From contig JASFYY010000091.1 of NCBI GenBank assembly GCA_045046875.1, positions 1-46,021 on the forward strand: a stretch of 46,021 nt of DNA. Direction: 5' to 3'. Positions 1 to 10,238 of the stretch are shown here, piece by piece. The notes beneath the pieces were generated by a model. That model had not been told where the DNA came from. It saw only the letters and a program-made list of their open reading frames with translations, and made no database searches. The position numbers and the translations under genes were made by a program. This DNA is from Verrucomicrobiota bacterium. GTDB taxonomy: Bacteria > Verrucomicrobiota > Verrucomicrobiia > Verrucomicrobiales > DEV007. Each line of letters starts with the position of its first letter. The first letter of the stretch is position 1.

Positions 1-25
1 CTTCTAAATGCTAGCTTCTTCCCCC

Positions 26-934
26 TCAATGTGTCATCGCATAAAAAACAATATTGATGCCGAGTGGGTAAGCGTATTTTTCCGAGAACGTTTTAAAATA
101 CCAGGGGTCCGTCCCCTCTTCTTCCCAACCATCGCCGAGGTCGGTATTAAAACAAATGACCATGCACATGCGACCTTCATCATCGTAAACCGCACGGTAA
201 TGAGGTGTTTCGGTGCCGGGTTTGTTCCATTCGTAAGTGATGCCACGCTCGCGTCCCATCATGGCGATGCCGACTGCAGGGATCTGCGGTTTCATATCTA
301 TCTGGAAAACCATGTTGAAAATAGGATGATCAAGTTCCAACTCAACAGGCTCCCGGTCTGGAAATATCTGTTTGAGACCCTGATAAAATCCCGCCCATTC
401 ATCATCACCCCAGAAGTCATCGACCATGATGAATCCTCCATTAAGTAAATACTCGCGCAGAATACGGGCCTCGTCATCGGTCAGGTAAATATTACCCGGT
501 TCGATCATGTAAACAAAAGGGTAGTGAGACAGCTGTTCTTCGTCGATGTCCACTATGGCCCCTTTGGGGTTGACCTCTAAAGAAGTTAGCTGTTGCAAAC
601 GGTAGGAAAAATTCAGATCGGCATCGGGGTAGTCGATCAACCACTTGGGGCGTCGTTGTTGCCACATGCCGGAGTTGTAACGCAGACGGGCGAAGGTGAA
701 AACGTCATTGGGCAGCTCTTTACTGGTTTCCCATGTAGGAAAATCCTGTAGTTGCCCGCCAAAAGCGTCGCGTGGATCTTCGGGCACTTCAGCGTCTTTG
801 GTTCCAAAATTGGTCGCCCCAGCCGGACGAGCGGCGAGACCTGGCATGGAGGCTTCCTGCGCCCATAACCAAAGACCTGCGCCAAAGATGAACGACAAGC
901 AGAGCAGAGCTAATATTGGCGGTCTATTTTTCAT
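26..934 (-). CDS. DUF4159 domain-containing exported protein
   Basis: Motifs W.IDYPDAD.N, YPFVYMIEPG, LREYLLNGGFIMVDDFWG, NTDLGDGWEE and GINIVFYAMTH are typical of DUF4159. The ATG at 934 ([11 protein letters not shown]...) gives a signal peptide and overlaps the upstream stop. Confidence 0.85.
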   Translation of the reverse strand: MKNRPPILALLCLSFIFGAGLWLWAQEASMPGLAARPAGATNFGTKDAEVPEDPRDAFGGQLQDFPTWETSKELPNDVFTFARLRYNSGMWQQRRPKWLIDYPDADLNFSYRLQQLTSLEVNPKGAIVDIDEEQLSHYPFVYMIEPGNIYLTDDEARILREYLLNGGFIMVDDFWGDDEWAGFYQGLKQIFPDREPVELELDHPIFNMVFQIDMKPQIPAVGIAMMGRERGITYEWNKPGTETPHYRAVYDDEGRMCMVICFNTDLGDGWEEEGTDPWYFKTFSEKYAYPLGINIVFYAMTH

Positions 935-3632
935 TATTTTTAGCCATTTTGAGCAACAGCACCCTGGCATCCTTGTATCTGGGGGCGTCGGCCAAAGCAT
1001 CTAGCACCCGGTATTTGGCTTGTCCGGGGTCACTGTCTTGCAGTGAACGGGCGAGCTGATAGTTGACTTCAGCAGGATTGGCAGGTTTTAATTTTAGTAA
1101 ACGTTTGTATGAAGCAACGGCTTTTTCTTTTTCTCCAAGTCCGTCCCAAGCCTGCCCGCGACTCCAGTGCGCAGGTTTTAAAAAAGGATCGATCGCCAGA
1201 ACTCGTTTGGAATGATCGATGACTTGTTGCCATTGCTGTGATTCCAAATCGATATCGATGAGCCGTAGTTTGGCGGGCAAGGCTTCCGCAGAACGCCAGA
1301 CCAGTTCCCGTAGGGCGGCGGCTTCTTGTTTAGGTTGTTCCAGGGCGCGATGGGCGGCGGCTTTCATTTCATAAGCGTTGTCAGCGTCAATGTACTCCGG
1401 GTAAAGTTCGATCATCCACAGAGCAGATTGCGCAGCTTCTTTCCAGCGCTTTTCAGACAATAAGTTAGCAGTGTGAATTTGGCGAGCACGAAAATTATCC
1501 GGATGTAGTTTGCTATAAGCTTCCACAGCTGCGGGCAAATTGAGATCGACTTCTTTGGGATCGGGGTCACTCCAGTCAACACCGGGGCCGAGATTAAGCG
1601 CCAGGGTTGCTACGTTTTTTGCAAAGGCCAATTCCAAGTCTTCCATCGGTAAAGTGTGTCTGGCAATCGCGTCATTGATCAACACTCCGTTTCCCAAATC
1701 CTTGAGAATTTTAAGTAAAGATTGCTGACCGAAATTTTCAATCAGGTAGTCGACAAACAAATAGGATTCATAATAGGCAAACATCAGATGTTCTCCGTCC
1801 TTGGCGGTGAGAAAAGCTGCGCTTAAGTGACTGATCGGGGTGAGGGCCTCTTCTTCGAGTATCATTTTGCGATATCGAGGGCTCATTTTTTGTCCCCAGT
1901 TGGCGTTGTGCTGTCGTTCTTCGTAAACAGAAATGCCTTCGCTCAACCAGCGCGGCATGCGGTTATTAGTCAGGGTCAGGGTGATCACGTGACAGAATTC
2001 GTGCCACAGGGTGGCTTCCCAGTTGTTGGATTGGGCAGCGAGTCCACCCGGACTGTTGACGGTGATGACGGAACCAAAACACGCACCCAGGATGCCGGCT
2101 CCCCCAAGATTACCCAGAGTACGAATAGCAAAGTCCTGTTGGTTAGGAAAAAATTCCACCAAAATAGGATCCTTGAGTTCGAGTTGATATTTTTGGCACA
2201 ACACTAGTTTGGCTTCACTGAGCAGAAACAAAGCCTGGTCGCCATAGATTGGGGCTTCGTTTTTTGGCAGACGCATGGTGAAGTCTGATGTTTCGATGGT
2301 GGTGAAGTTATCCATCTCGGCTTGCAGCAGCCCTAAATTGTAGGCAGCTACGTTATAGGGATCTGCTTCAGCTACAGCAGCAGCGAGTTTCCAGGCTTCT
2401 TTTTCATCACCCAGGCGCAACAGGTCATCCGCCAACTGCAAGGTGGCGTTCTGGAAGTGCGCATCCAAGGTGAGAGCCTGACGTTGATATTGTGCGCCTT
2501 TTTCAAAGCGGTAGGCGCGGGTGAGGATTTTCCCTATGGTGTGATCCACTACTGGGTTTTTTTTCCACAAGGCCAAGCCTTTTTTGCGGTAAAGAGCCGT
2601 TGTTTTGGAGTCCGCCGAGCTTAATTCTGCCAGCGCCGCTTTCATTGCCCAGGCTTGTGGACAGCGTTTATTGATCGACAGCACACGGTTCAAATAGGTC
2701 TCGCCCTCGATGTAGTTTTCCGCGCCAATGGCGTGTTGGGCGAGCAAGAGCAGGGCTCCCTGGTGTACCGGATTAAGCTGCAAGGTGCGGTTGAGATGGC
2801 TGAGGGATTTTTTTTGATCATCAGGATAAAATGCCTGGGCCAGGCCAAAACGCAGGTCGGGGTGATTGGGGGCGAGTTTGAGTCCGGCGGAAAACTCCTT
2901 GGAGGCCTTGTTAAAGTCGGATTTTCCCAAGGCCAGATTGCCGATGGCCTGGTAAGCGGAGACCACGTCGTACGGAACCAGGTTTTTAAACTGCGGCGCA
3001 GATTTTTTCTTTTTGGCTGGTTCAAAATATTGACTGATCACTTTGCCGGGGTCGGCTCCCAGGGCCGAGGCGGCTTTGCCTAAAGCGACCAAGTCGGAAG
3101 CGCTGCGATCCTTACGTTTTTTGACTAAAGCTACCTGATTGATGCGTTGTAGGATATCGGTGGCTTCTGTTTGTTTGCCGATTTGTCCGGCCAGTTGGTA
3201 GAGCACGATCAGAGCGGGCAGGTTTTGTCCGGTGGGAGAATCCAGCCTTTTTTGTCCTTTTTCAAAAGCGTCGGCGATCCGTCCCTGGGCTGCGATGGCC
3301 TGCCATTGCATCACTTCCCAGTCAGGAGAAGGTTGACCTTTTGACTGGGCGTATTCACAAAGGCGTTCGACCAGATCATATTTGCCGCCGGCCAATAATT
3401 CACGAACGGCAGGGATATTCTGTTCATCAAAGAAGCGCTTGTAGTCGTTTTGTGCCCACACCCAGGGACTGCTGAGCAGCAGACAGAACACTACCAGGTA
3501 GCGCAGACAGCTGCGATTATGAAAAACTCGTGACAGATGGGGGCTAAACACTCTGTCAATGAAGCGGAGATTGCCCTCCAGGTAAAGCTTATACCATTTC
3601 AAGACCGTTTGGGCCTTCACACAAAGCTTCAT
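924..3632 (-). CDS. Tetratricopeptide-repeat protein with peptidase MA-like (gluzincin) domain
   Basis: Many TPR-like helical repeats flank HEFCH (HExxH) and a downstream PRWLSEG third ligand. Hydrophobic signal ends ...VWA-Q. ATGA overlap with the upstream gene; the true start may be later. Confidence 0.8.
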   Translation of the reverse strand: MKLCVKAQTVLKWYKLYLEGNLRFIDRVFSPHLSRVFHNRSCLRYLVVFCLLLSSPWVWAQNDYKRFFDEQNIPAVRELLAGGKYDLVERLCEYAQSKGQPSPDWEVMQWQAIAAQGRIADAFEKGQKRLDSPTGQNLPALIVLYQLAGQIGKQTEATDILQRINQVALVKKRKDRSASDLVALGKAASALGADPGKVISQYFEPAKKKKSAPQFKNLVPYDVVSAYQAIGNLALGKSDFNKASKEFSAGLKLAPNHPDLRFGLAQAFYPDDQKKSLSHLNRTLQLNPVHQGALLLLAQHAIGAENYIEGETYLNRVLSINKRCPQAWAMKAALAELSSADSKTTALYRKKGLALWKKNPVVDHTIGKILTRAYRFEKGAQYQRQALTLDAHFQNATLQLADDLLRLGDEKEAWKLAAAVAEADPYNVAAYNLGLLQAEMDNFTTIETSDFTMRLPKNEAPIYGDQALFLLSEAKLVLCQKYQLELKDPILVEFFPNQQDFAIRTLGNLGGAGILGACFGSVITVNSPGGLAAQSNNWEATLWHEFCHVITLTLTNNRMPRWLSEGISVYEERQHNANWGQKMSPRYRKMILEEEALTPISHLSAAFLTAKDGEHLMFAYYESYLFVDYLIENFGQQSLLKILKDLGNGVLINDAIARHTLPMEDLELAFAKNVATLALNLGPGVDWSDPDPKEVDLNLPAAVEAYSKLHPDNFRARQIHTANLLSEKRWKEAAQSALWMIELYPEYIDADNAYEMKAAAHRALEQPKQEAAALRELVWRSAEALPAKLRLIDIDLESQQWQQVIDHSKRVLAIDPFLKPAHWSRGQAWDGLGEKEKAVASYKRLLKLKPANPAEVNYQLARSLQDSDPGQAKYRVLDALADAPRYKDARVLLLKMAKNNEK

Positions 3633-4393
3633 TCGATCACTTTGGCGGTATTACTTTCATCTGCCATGCCGCCGGGCAGTTCCATCAGGCGAATTTTTCG
3701 GAAGTGAATCAGTCCGCCTTCGGATTCGAGGCAGAGGTAACCTTTTCGCACCGAGGCCTTTTGGAAACCGTTGACAAATTTTCCGTTCACAGAAAGTTTA
3801 ACCGTTCCATCAACGGCCACCACCACATAGCGGTTCCATTCTCCGCGGGGGTTACAGCGGTTTTCGATCGATTGACTGCGTTTGCCTCGGGGGTTGTCGG
3901 GAACTCCGGTTAGACTGCCCGCGCCAAAAAGTTCGCCGTGCACATAGGCCACTGGAGGCAGGCTACCGTCCTTTTTTTTGTGCAGCTTGGGCCAATCGAG
4001 TTCGAGCATCTGCACCTCCATGCCATTGGGCAAGGTGTCCTCCCGGTCTGCAATGGCGTCACTCCACAGGAAAACCCCCGAATTGCCGCCAGCTTCCATA
4101 TGTCGCCATTCGATGATGAGGATGAAATTTTCGTATTGTCGCTCAGAGCGCATCACTCCGATCGGACGTCCGGAGCAGATCAACATACCATCCCGAACCG
4201 ACCAGGTTTCGGGGGAAGTATTGACATCCACCCAGCCGCTGAGATCAACGCCGTTGAAGAGGTCAACAAATTCAGGATCAGCGACACGAACTTGTTGGTT
4301 TTCTGTAGCCGTTTTTTCGGGTTCTTTTGCCGTAGTGAAAAATATAGCGCCGGCAGAGATGAGAATGGCGGATAGAATAAGAGGAATTTTCAT
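3629..4393 (-). CDS. DUF1080 (3-keto-disaccharide hydrolase family) secreted protein
   Basis: [28 protein letters not shown] and [15 protein letters not shown] motifs; signal peptide from the ATG at 4393. Confidence 0.85.
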   Translation of the reverse strand: MKIPLILSAILISAGAIFFTTAKEPEKTATENQQVRVADPEFVDLFNGVDLSGWVDVNTSPETWSVRDGMLICSGRPIGVMRSERQYENFILIIEWRHMEAGGNSGVFLWSDAIADREDTLPNGMEVQMLELDWPKLHKKKDGSLPPVAYVHGELFGAGSLTGVPDNPRGKRSQSIENRCNPRGEWNRYVVVAVDGTVKLSVNGKFVNGFQKASVRKGYLCLESEGGLIHFRKIRLMELPGGMADESNTAKVIE

Positions 4394-4422
4394 AAGATTT
4401 GGTTTGGGAAATATTAACATGA

Positions 4423-5382
4423 TCACGCCATCAGATAGAGAAACTGCTGTTCAGCGGCTTTCTTTTTAGCAGGATCGTGGATTTGTTCGAGTAAATTGAA
4501 AAATCCGTAAAGAGTTTTGATCCGGTGGGTCAACCAGGCGGACCATTGATCCGATTTGATACGCTCAGGATTCCAGTATTCGGGTGTGCGCGGGTCGTGA
4601 TTAGCCTTTTCCAAAGTTCCTAGCTCATCGCTGAGATCCGGCAATGAGAGATACAACCGCAGGTGATGGTGATGGCCAGCCAAGCCTTGCCTGGCTAGCT
4701 GTTTGTATCCTAGATCCGCCAGTTCGGTCAGCGCGTTGGCGTGGTTGATGATATGAAAAAAACCACCAAAACCTTGCCGGTGTTTTGCTGCGGAAGTGAT
4801 CAGATGATCCACCACGACTTCTGCCATGGTTTCTTCGGATGAATATGGCGGGAAATCATTATCGGCAGTCAGGGCTACTTTAGCTCCATTGATCCAGCCT
4901 TTTTTCTTTCCATAATAACCACGTCCAGGATGCGCGCCGTTAAAACCTTTGATCAACTTGCGGATACCACTTATCATGGCAGGTGTGGCATATTCCGGGT
5001 GATCGTGCAAAGCCCGCAGAGCAATGGAAGCAAAAATGACATTATGCCCGGATTGACGGGTTTTATTTATGTTAGCGGAAAGCGCGGTGGCGATTTCAGC
5101 AATTTGTTCTTTTTGACTATCCTCCTTTGCTAGTGGAGAAAAAAGCTCATTAATACTGATGCCAGCCTTTTTTGGTTGGTACCAAAATCCTTCTTCGCCA
5201 TTGATAATACGATTCAATTCACCTGTTATGGCTTTGTTTACTTTAACATCGAGATGACCTTGATCCTCGCCGAAAAAATACCCGGCGACCGTTGCTGCGC
5301 CAAGGTGCCCGGCCATTATGTTGGCTTTATGCGATTTGGACATGGCGCAAAGCCCTTTGTAGAGATAGCTGAAGTCCGTCAT
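4423..5382 (-). CDS. Hypothetical helical protein with several His motifs
   Basis: Long ORF, first gene of the minus-strand operon; GHLGAA, GHNVIF, FHIINH, GHHHHL and THRIK motifs; no family recognised. Confidence 0.7.
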   Translation of the reverse strand: MTDFSYLYKGLCAMSKSHKANIMAGHLGAATVAGYFFGEDQGHLDVKVNKAITGELNRIINGEEGFWYQPKKAGISINELFSPLAKEDSQKEQIAEIATALSANINKTRQSGHNVIFASIALRALHDHPEYATPAMISGIRKLIKGFNGAHPGRGYYGKKKGWINGAKVALTADNDFPPYSSEETMAEVVVDHLITSAAKHRQGFGGFFHIINHANALTELADLGYKQLARQGLAGHHHHLRLYLSLPDLSDELGTLEKANHDPRTPEYWNPERIKSDQWSAWLTHRIKTLYGFFNLLEQIHDPAKKKAAEQQFLYLMA

Positions 5383-5585
5383 TGTCAAGTGGAGTGTCGA
5401 TTAATTATAAGACGAGTGGAAACGAACTAGCGTTGGCAGAGAAGGAATAACTCCTGACTAAAGAAAAGCTATGATAGGTTCTTTTCAAGTTTTTGTCACC
5501 GGGGACTTATGGAAGGCAGCGTTAGGGTCTTCATGAGTATTCGGAAGTGACCGCTCGCCATAATAATGCTAAAAGTAAGGTGCTT

Positions 5586-8198
5586 ATGAAATTTTCAATA
5601 ATTTACTCCCTCTTGTTTGTTTCTATTTTCCTATCCAATGCCACTGCAGCTGATTCTTTAGTCAGCGAAAAAGAGGTGATCGGTCAGGTTTTTTCGCAGG
5701 CCAAACATTATTTTGCCGAGTTTCAGCATCCACAAACAGGGGTGCTTTATGGATCGCGTCTGAGCAGTAAGGACTCATGGACTTCTCCCGCGGATGTATT
5801 AGCGGAAAAACCGAAACCCTGGGGTTATGGGTCGCGCATCGCGGATACCGGTTTGCACACGGGTCATATTCTAGCTGCGCTGTTGGACGCTTATGAAGCC
5901 CGTCCGGATCCATTTTTAAAAAAGGAAATCGGTAAGTGTTTTGCGGCCTTGAAGTTGATCGGATCACTGCCGGAAACCCATCCGAAGCCTGATAAAGCGG
6001 CACAAGAAGGTTTGGTGCCACGCGGTCCGCATCCGGATGATATGTCGGCTTGGTTCGACGATTCGTCGATGGATCAGCACACCACCTATATAATCAGCCT
6101 GGCACTTTATGCCAATTCTTCACTGGCAAGTGATGAGGAAAAAGCCTGGATCAAACAATCCCTGGGTAAAGTCGGGCGGCGTCTGGAGGGCAATGACTGG
6201 TCGATCAAACGGGCTGACGGGGTGACGGAATCACATGTGGGTTTCTCCTGGCGGGGGTACAATTCCAATCATGTGTCGATTTTATTACCTGCTGTATTGG
6301 CACTGTATTACGGAACGGGTGACGAGCATTGGTTGCAGCAGTATGAATTTTTTCTTAAAGAGGCAGATGGCAAACGCTGGCAGGCGGTGCACCCGGGGCC
6401 GCATATCAAAATCAACGGCCATCCGATTTATGCTAACCAAAATGCATTCCGGGTAAATGCCTGGTATCATTTTGAAAAAGACGGGCAACGTAAAAAAGTG
6501 ATCGGCGGATTGTTGCAGCAATCCACCGAGATGCAGTTGGCACGGGATTTCCCCGGGCCGATGTACAGAAAATTTCAAGCTGCAGAAATTTGGCAACGAG
6601 TGAAAAAAAACTTTGCCTGGGGTGGTGAGGAATTGCACGGAGCGGCGTCTGCCTGGGAAAAGTTCAAACCAGAAATGCTGGAAGGCAAAGACGGCGGTAT
6701 GGGAGCCTTGGCCCATGTGCGTTTTCCCCTGGGAGGTTACCACATGGTGCTGCAGAGTGAGCAAGATGCACTGATCCGGGAGAACTTGCCGGCAATCTGG
6801 AAAATGCTCACTACGGTGGATTTGGACAAAATCGCCGCAGCTGAAACCCACTATTTGTTCACTGTGGTGGGCTTGCATTTGTATGCTTTGTATTTTGATC
6901 AACCGGAGCTGTTTGAATCACTTTCAGCAGCTAAATCAAACGCGGAGGCTGTTCACAATCAGGCAAAAACCCGCTTGGAACAAAAAGCCCTGGCGAATGA
7001 TCACAGTGTGGTTTGGAAAACCGCGGATCCAAAAAATGAAATCGGCTATTGCCCTGCGCTGGCACGCTTGCCTGGAGGGCGGCTGATCGCTTGTATGCTC
7101 AAGGCAGGGGCGAAGACTGGAAAAAAACGGCCATGGACGGTGAAAGTTCATACCAGTGACGACGGGGGCAGCACATGGAAGCATCGTCAGGATGTGTCGA
7201 TGATCGATTGTTTTCCCTTTGTAGCGGGCTCTTCGTTATACGTGATTGGGGGGCGGCATGATTTGACAATTATAAAATCGGAGGATCAAGGTAATACCTG
7301 GTCGCAGCCGGTAAAGCTGAGTAAAGGCAAACTTTGGTATTCGCATCCAGGCAGTGCGGTTTATAACAATGGACGGATTTATTTTGTCATGGATCAAATC
7401 ACCGAAGCGATTGACAGTGGTTTTCCGACTCACGTGTTTGCACCGGTCGTATTATCAGCGAGTTTGGAGGACGATCTGACGAAATCCGCAGCGTGGACTT
7501 TCTCCAATGCCTTGGGTTTCCAACAAGTGATCAAGCAGGAAGGTGATCCCAATTTGTTAGGAATTCCTTTTTATAAAGCAGGCCAGCATGGTCCCGGGCG
7601 CCATATGAGCCCATTGGGATGGGGCGAGACCAATTTGATTCAGATCAAGGATCCAAATCATCAATGGTATGATCCAACCGGTCGCACCTTTCATCTGCTG
7701 TCCCGAGCTGTTTCAGGGCGCACCAATATTGCTTGTCTGGCCAAAGCCGTGGAAGCCAGTGACAGCAAGAAAATCACGGTGTCTTTGCAAAAAGCGCCGT
7801 CGGGGCAAACCATGCTTTTTGTGCCTTTGCCCGGCGGACAGGTTTCGTTTCATATCGTTTATGACGAAAAAACACGACTTTATTGGATGATTTCCTCCCA
7901 GGCCACCGACTCCATGAGGCGAGTGGATAAGTTGCAAAAAAAGCGCTATGGCATGCCCAGTCAGGAGAGAAACCGCTTGGCCTTGCATTTTTCTAAAAAT
8001 GCAATGGATTGGGTTTTTGCCGGATTGGTGGCTGCGGTGGATGACTTAGGACAATCCCACCACGGCGGTAATATGCTCATTGATGGAGACGATCTCGTTA
8101 TTTTGATGCGCACTGCTGATGCTGATGCTGTCAATGCCCACAACTCCAACTTGATCACCTTTCACCGGGTCAACGATTTTCGCTCATTGCTTTATTGA
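5586..8198 (+). CDS. Secreted two-domain protein: N-terminal helical domain plus C-terminal BNR/Asp-box (sialidase-type) beta-propeller
   Basis: Signal peptide MKFSIIYSLLF...ATA; Asp-boxes SDDGGSTW, SEDQGNTW and SKNAMDW in the C-terminal half. Confidence 0.75.
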   Translation: MKFSIIYSLLFVSIFLSNATAADSLVSEKEVIGQVFSQAKHYFAEFQHPQTGVLYGSRLSSKDSWTSPADVLAEKPKPWGYGSRIADTGLHTGHILAALLDAYEARPDPFLKKEIGKCFAALKLIGSLPETHPKPDKAAQEGLVPRGPHPDDMSAWFDDSSMDQHTTYIISLALYANSSLASDEEKAWIKQSLGKVGRRLEGNDWSIKRADGVTESHVGFSWRGYNSNHVSILLPAVLALYYGTGDEHWLQQYEFFLKEADGKRWQAVHPGPHIKINGHPIYANQNAFRVNAWYHFEKDGQRKKVIGGLLQQSTEMQLARDFPGPMYRKFQAAEIWQRVKKNFAWGGEELHGAASAWEKFKPEMLEGKDGGMGALAHVRFPLGGYHMVLQSEQDALIRENLPAIWKMLTTVDLDKIAAAETHYLFTVVGLHLYALYFDQPELFESLSAAKSNAEAVHNQAKTRLEQKALANDHSVVWKTADPKNEIGYCPALARLPGGRLIACMLKAGAKTGKKRPWTVKVHTSDDGGSTWKHRQDVSMIDCFPFVAGSSLYVIGGRHDLTIIKSEDQGNTWSQPVKLSKGKLWYSHPGSAVYNNGRIYFVMDQITEAIDSGFPTHVFAPVVLSASLEDDLTKSAAWTFSNALGFQQVIKQEGDPNLLGIPFYKAGQHGPGRHMSPLGWGETNLIQIKDPNHQWYDPTGRTFHLLSRAVSGRTNIACLAKAVEASDSKKITVSLQKAPSGQTMLFVPLPGGQVSFHIVYDEKTRLYWMISSQATDSMRRVDKLQKKRYGMPSQERNRLALHFSKNAMDWVFAGLVAAVDDLGQSHHGGNMLIDGDDLVILMRTADADAVNAHNSNLITFHRVNDFRSLLY

Positions 8199-8293
8199 AC
8201 AGAGCGCACCTCAAGATATAAAGACCAGGATAAAATCCTAACTCAGACCTGTTTCATTGAGAGCAAGAAATAGGCACCTGAACTTAGCCTTAT

Positions 8294-8321
8294 TTGACAA
8301 GTTGATGGATTGGTCTATTCT
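8294..8321 (+). promoter_or_regulatory. Sigma70-type promoter for the uORF-czcCBA unit
   Basis: TTGACA (8294-8299), 16-nt spacer, TATTCT (8316-8321), about 30 nt upstream of the ATG at 8353. Confidence 0.6.
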
Positions 8322-8352
8322 ATATCATCGCATAGGAATATGCGACTACCCC

Positions 8353-8781
8353 ATGGCCATTTTAAAATCCATATTCAGCGCTTATATCGGAGTATATCTG
8401 ATATTGCCGGGTTGTTTGTGCCAGATGTTGACTCCGTTTGGCATCAATGTATTGCACGCTCCGCCGGATGGTTCGGCCGTTGCAAATCACAGCGTTCCCG
8501 TGGCGACTTTAACCGCGCCGGCAACCTGTCCGAGCCCGGTGGATTGCAATTGTGATGATACCAGCTTAAAAACAGCAGAGCAGAGTGTGGTTTCGAACGT
8601 GCTCTACCAGGTGGACATTTTTAAAGCAACTGCCCCCTGCCCTTGGGCTGAGCTGGATATTTTGCCTACTCGTTTTTCAAATCCACCCAGTCTAATTTCC
8701 AGCCGGGCACCGCCTGACTGTCAAAGGCCGTATTCGCTCAAGCGCCCTTCGCAGACTTTGTACGGCATCATGCTTGTTTGA
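8353..8781 (+). CDS. Cys-rich small membrane-targeted protein with C-terminal RAPP motif (DUF2946/CruR-like putative arrest-peptide uORF)
   Basis: 142 aa; N-terminal hydrophobic segment ending in GCLCQ; C-x5-CNC motif; RAPP at 8704-8715; lies directly upstream of a metal efflux operon. Confidence 0.65.
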   Translation: MAILKSIFSAYIGVYLILPGCLCQMLTPFGINVLHAPPDGSAVANHSVPVATLTAPATCPSPVDCNCDDTSLKTAEQSVVSNVLYQVDIFKATAPCPWAELDILPTRFSNPPSLISSRAPPDCQRPYSLKRPSQTLYGIMLV

Positions 8782-8782
8782 T

Positions 8783-8867
8783 CTGATCCGATCTTTCATC
8801 GGATCAGCGTATGTATTCGTAGATCCCGCTCGGATCCGATGAACCCACCCACAGGAAATTTTCCTGT
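8783..8867 (+). promoter_or_regulatory. Structured leader: alternative hairpins plus palindrome between the uORF and czcC
   Basis: 8783-8792 pairs perfectly with 8798-8807. Alternatively 8795-8805 pairs perfectly with 8833-8843. ACAGGAAA-T-TTTCCTGT palindrome at 8851-8867. Confidence 0.6.
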
Positions 8868-8960
8868 ACTTTCTTGGCGTGTCACGCGTCCATTTCCGAT
8901 AGGCTGGAATCAAGCACAGGAAACATCCCAACCACTTTTCAAAAATTCACACAAATAAAC

Positions 8961-10238
8961 ATGAAAACTCAAAACTTAAATTTTCGCAGTAAATGCAAGC
9001 CCTGGCTAACATGGCTGGCTTTATATTTACTCATCATGCTTCCGCTGCAGGCAGCAGATAATATTAATCAAAACCTAAACATCAATCAGGCTCTCGCTCG
9101 TGCCTTGGTCAGTAACCCTTCACTCAATTTATTTGATCAGGAAATGCGCATGGCTGAAGCCCGGGTATTAACGGCATCCCTATTGCTGAATCCGCAATTG
9201 GAAACCGAGTTGGAGGATTTTGGCGGCAGCGGTGCCTATAGTGGAACTGATAGCGCGACTTATAACGTCGGTCTCAGCCAGTTGTTTCGTTTGGGGGGAA
9301 AGAGGCGTGCAGGCATGGCGCAAAAAACAGCTGAAAAGAAAGCTTTGGCACTGACCTATGAAGTGCGCAAAAGATTGGTTTCAGAAGAGGTCGGCCGCCG
9401 CTTTGTGGGGGTGTTGAAAGCCCAACAAATGGAACAAAATCGGAAAAACATTCTTAGCATTTCCGAAGAGAGTGCCAAAGCAGTGAAAGCAAAAGTAGAA
9501 GGCGGTCGGGGTTCTTCCATCAATTTGAATCAGGCCGAGCTTAGCGTGATGAACGCCCGGCTGTCTTATCAAACTGCGGCTCAGAGAACCAATATCGCAC
9601 GAATTCAATTGGCAGCACTGTGGAACAAAAGTGAAGTGGATTTTAAAAAAGCGGTGGGTTTCTTGAGCGCCCCACCTGCGCAATTGCGATCGCTGGCGAA
9701 GTACCAAGACAGTTTGCAAAATCATCCTGACCTTGAGTTGGCAGAAGCGTCTTTGCAACTTGCCCATAAAAGCCTGGGATTTCAGAAATCACAAAGAGTT
9801 CCCAATTTACGTCTGGGGCTGGGTTACCGCCGGGATTCTTCGATAGACGAAAGCGCGCTGGTACTGGGCGCATCCTTGCCTTTGCCGCTATTTAATCGCA
9901 ATCAAGGAGGTATTGCAGAAGCGAAAGCCTCGATCGATCGAGGCACTCAACAGCGCTCCAATGCCTTCGCCGGTTTGCAGGTGAGGTTATCCCAGGCTTA
10001 TTCTGAGCTCGCGGTTTCCCACATGGCAAGTCGCTTGATTGTGACCGAATTGATGCCCAAAGCCCGGGATAGTTTCAAGGCTACCGAAGAATCCCACCGT
10101 TTGGGTCGCACCACCTATCTTCAATTGCTGGTAGCGCAACGCAATCTCACCGCCATCATCGAACGGCAAACCGAGGCCTTTGCACAATTTCATCAAGCGA
10201 GAATTACTATTGAAGCGCTCACCGGAAAGACCCTGTGA
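8961..10238 (+). CDS. czcC: TolC-family outer membrane factor of heavy-metal RND efflux (CzcC-like)
   Basis: NPQLETELEDFGG, LSQLFRLGGKR, HPDL, SLPLPLFNRNQGGI and YLQLLVAQR motifs; signal peptide; first gene of the CBA operon. Confidence 0.85.
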   Translation: MKTQNLNFRSKCKPWLTWLALYLLIMLPLQAADNINQNLNINQALARALVSNPSLNLFDQEMRMAEARVLTASLLLNPQLETELEDFGGSGAYSGTDSATYNVGLSQLFRLGGKRRAGMAQKTAEKKALALTYEVRKRLVSEEVGRRFVGVLKAQQMEQNRKNILSISEESAKAVKAKVEGGRGSSINLNQAELSVMNARLSYQTAAQRTNIARIQLAALWNKSEVDFKKAVGFLSAPPAQLRSLAKYQDSLQNHPDLELAEASLQLAHKSLGFQKSQRVPNLRLGLGYRRDSSIDESALVLGASLPLPLFNRNQGGIAEAKASIDRGTQQRSNAFAGLQVRLSQAYSELAVSHMASRLIVTELMPKARDSFKATEESHRLGRTTYLQLLVAQRNLTAIIERQTEAFAQFHQARITIEALTGKTL

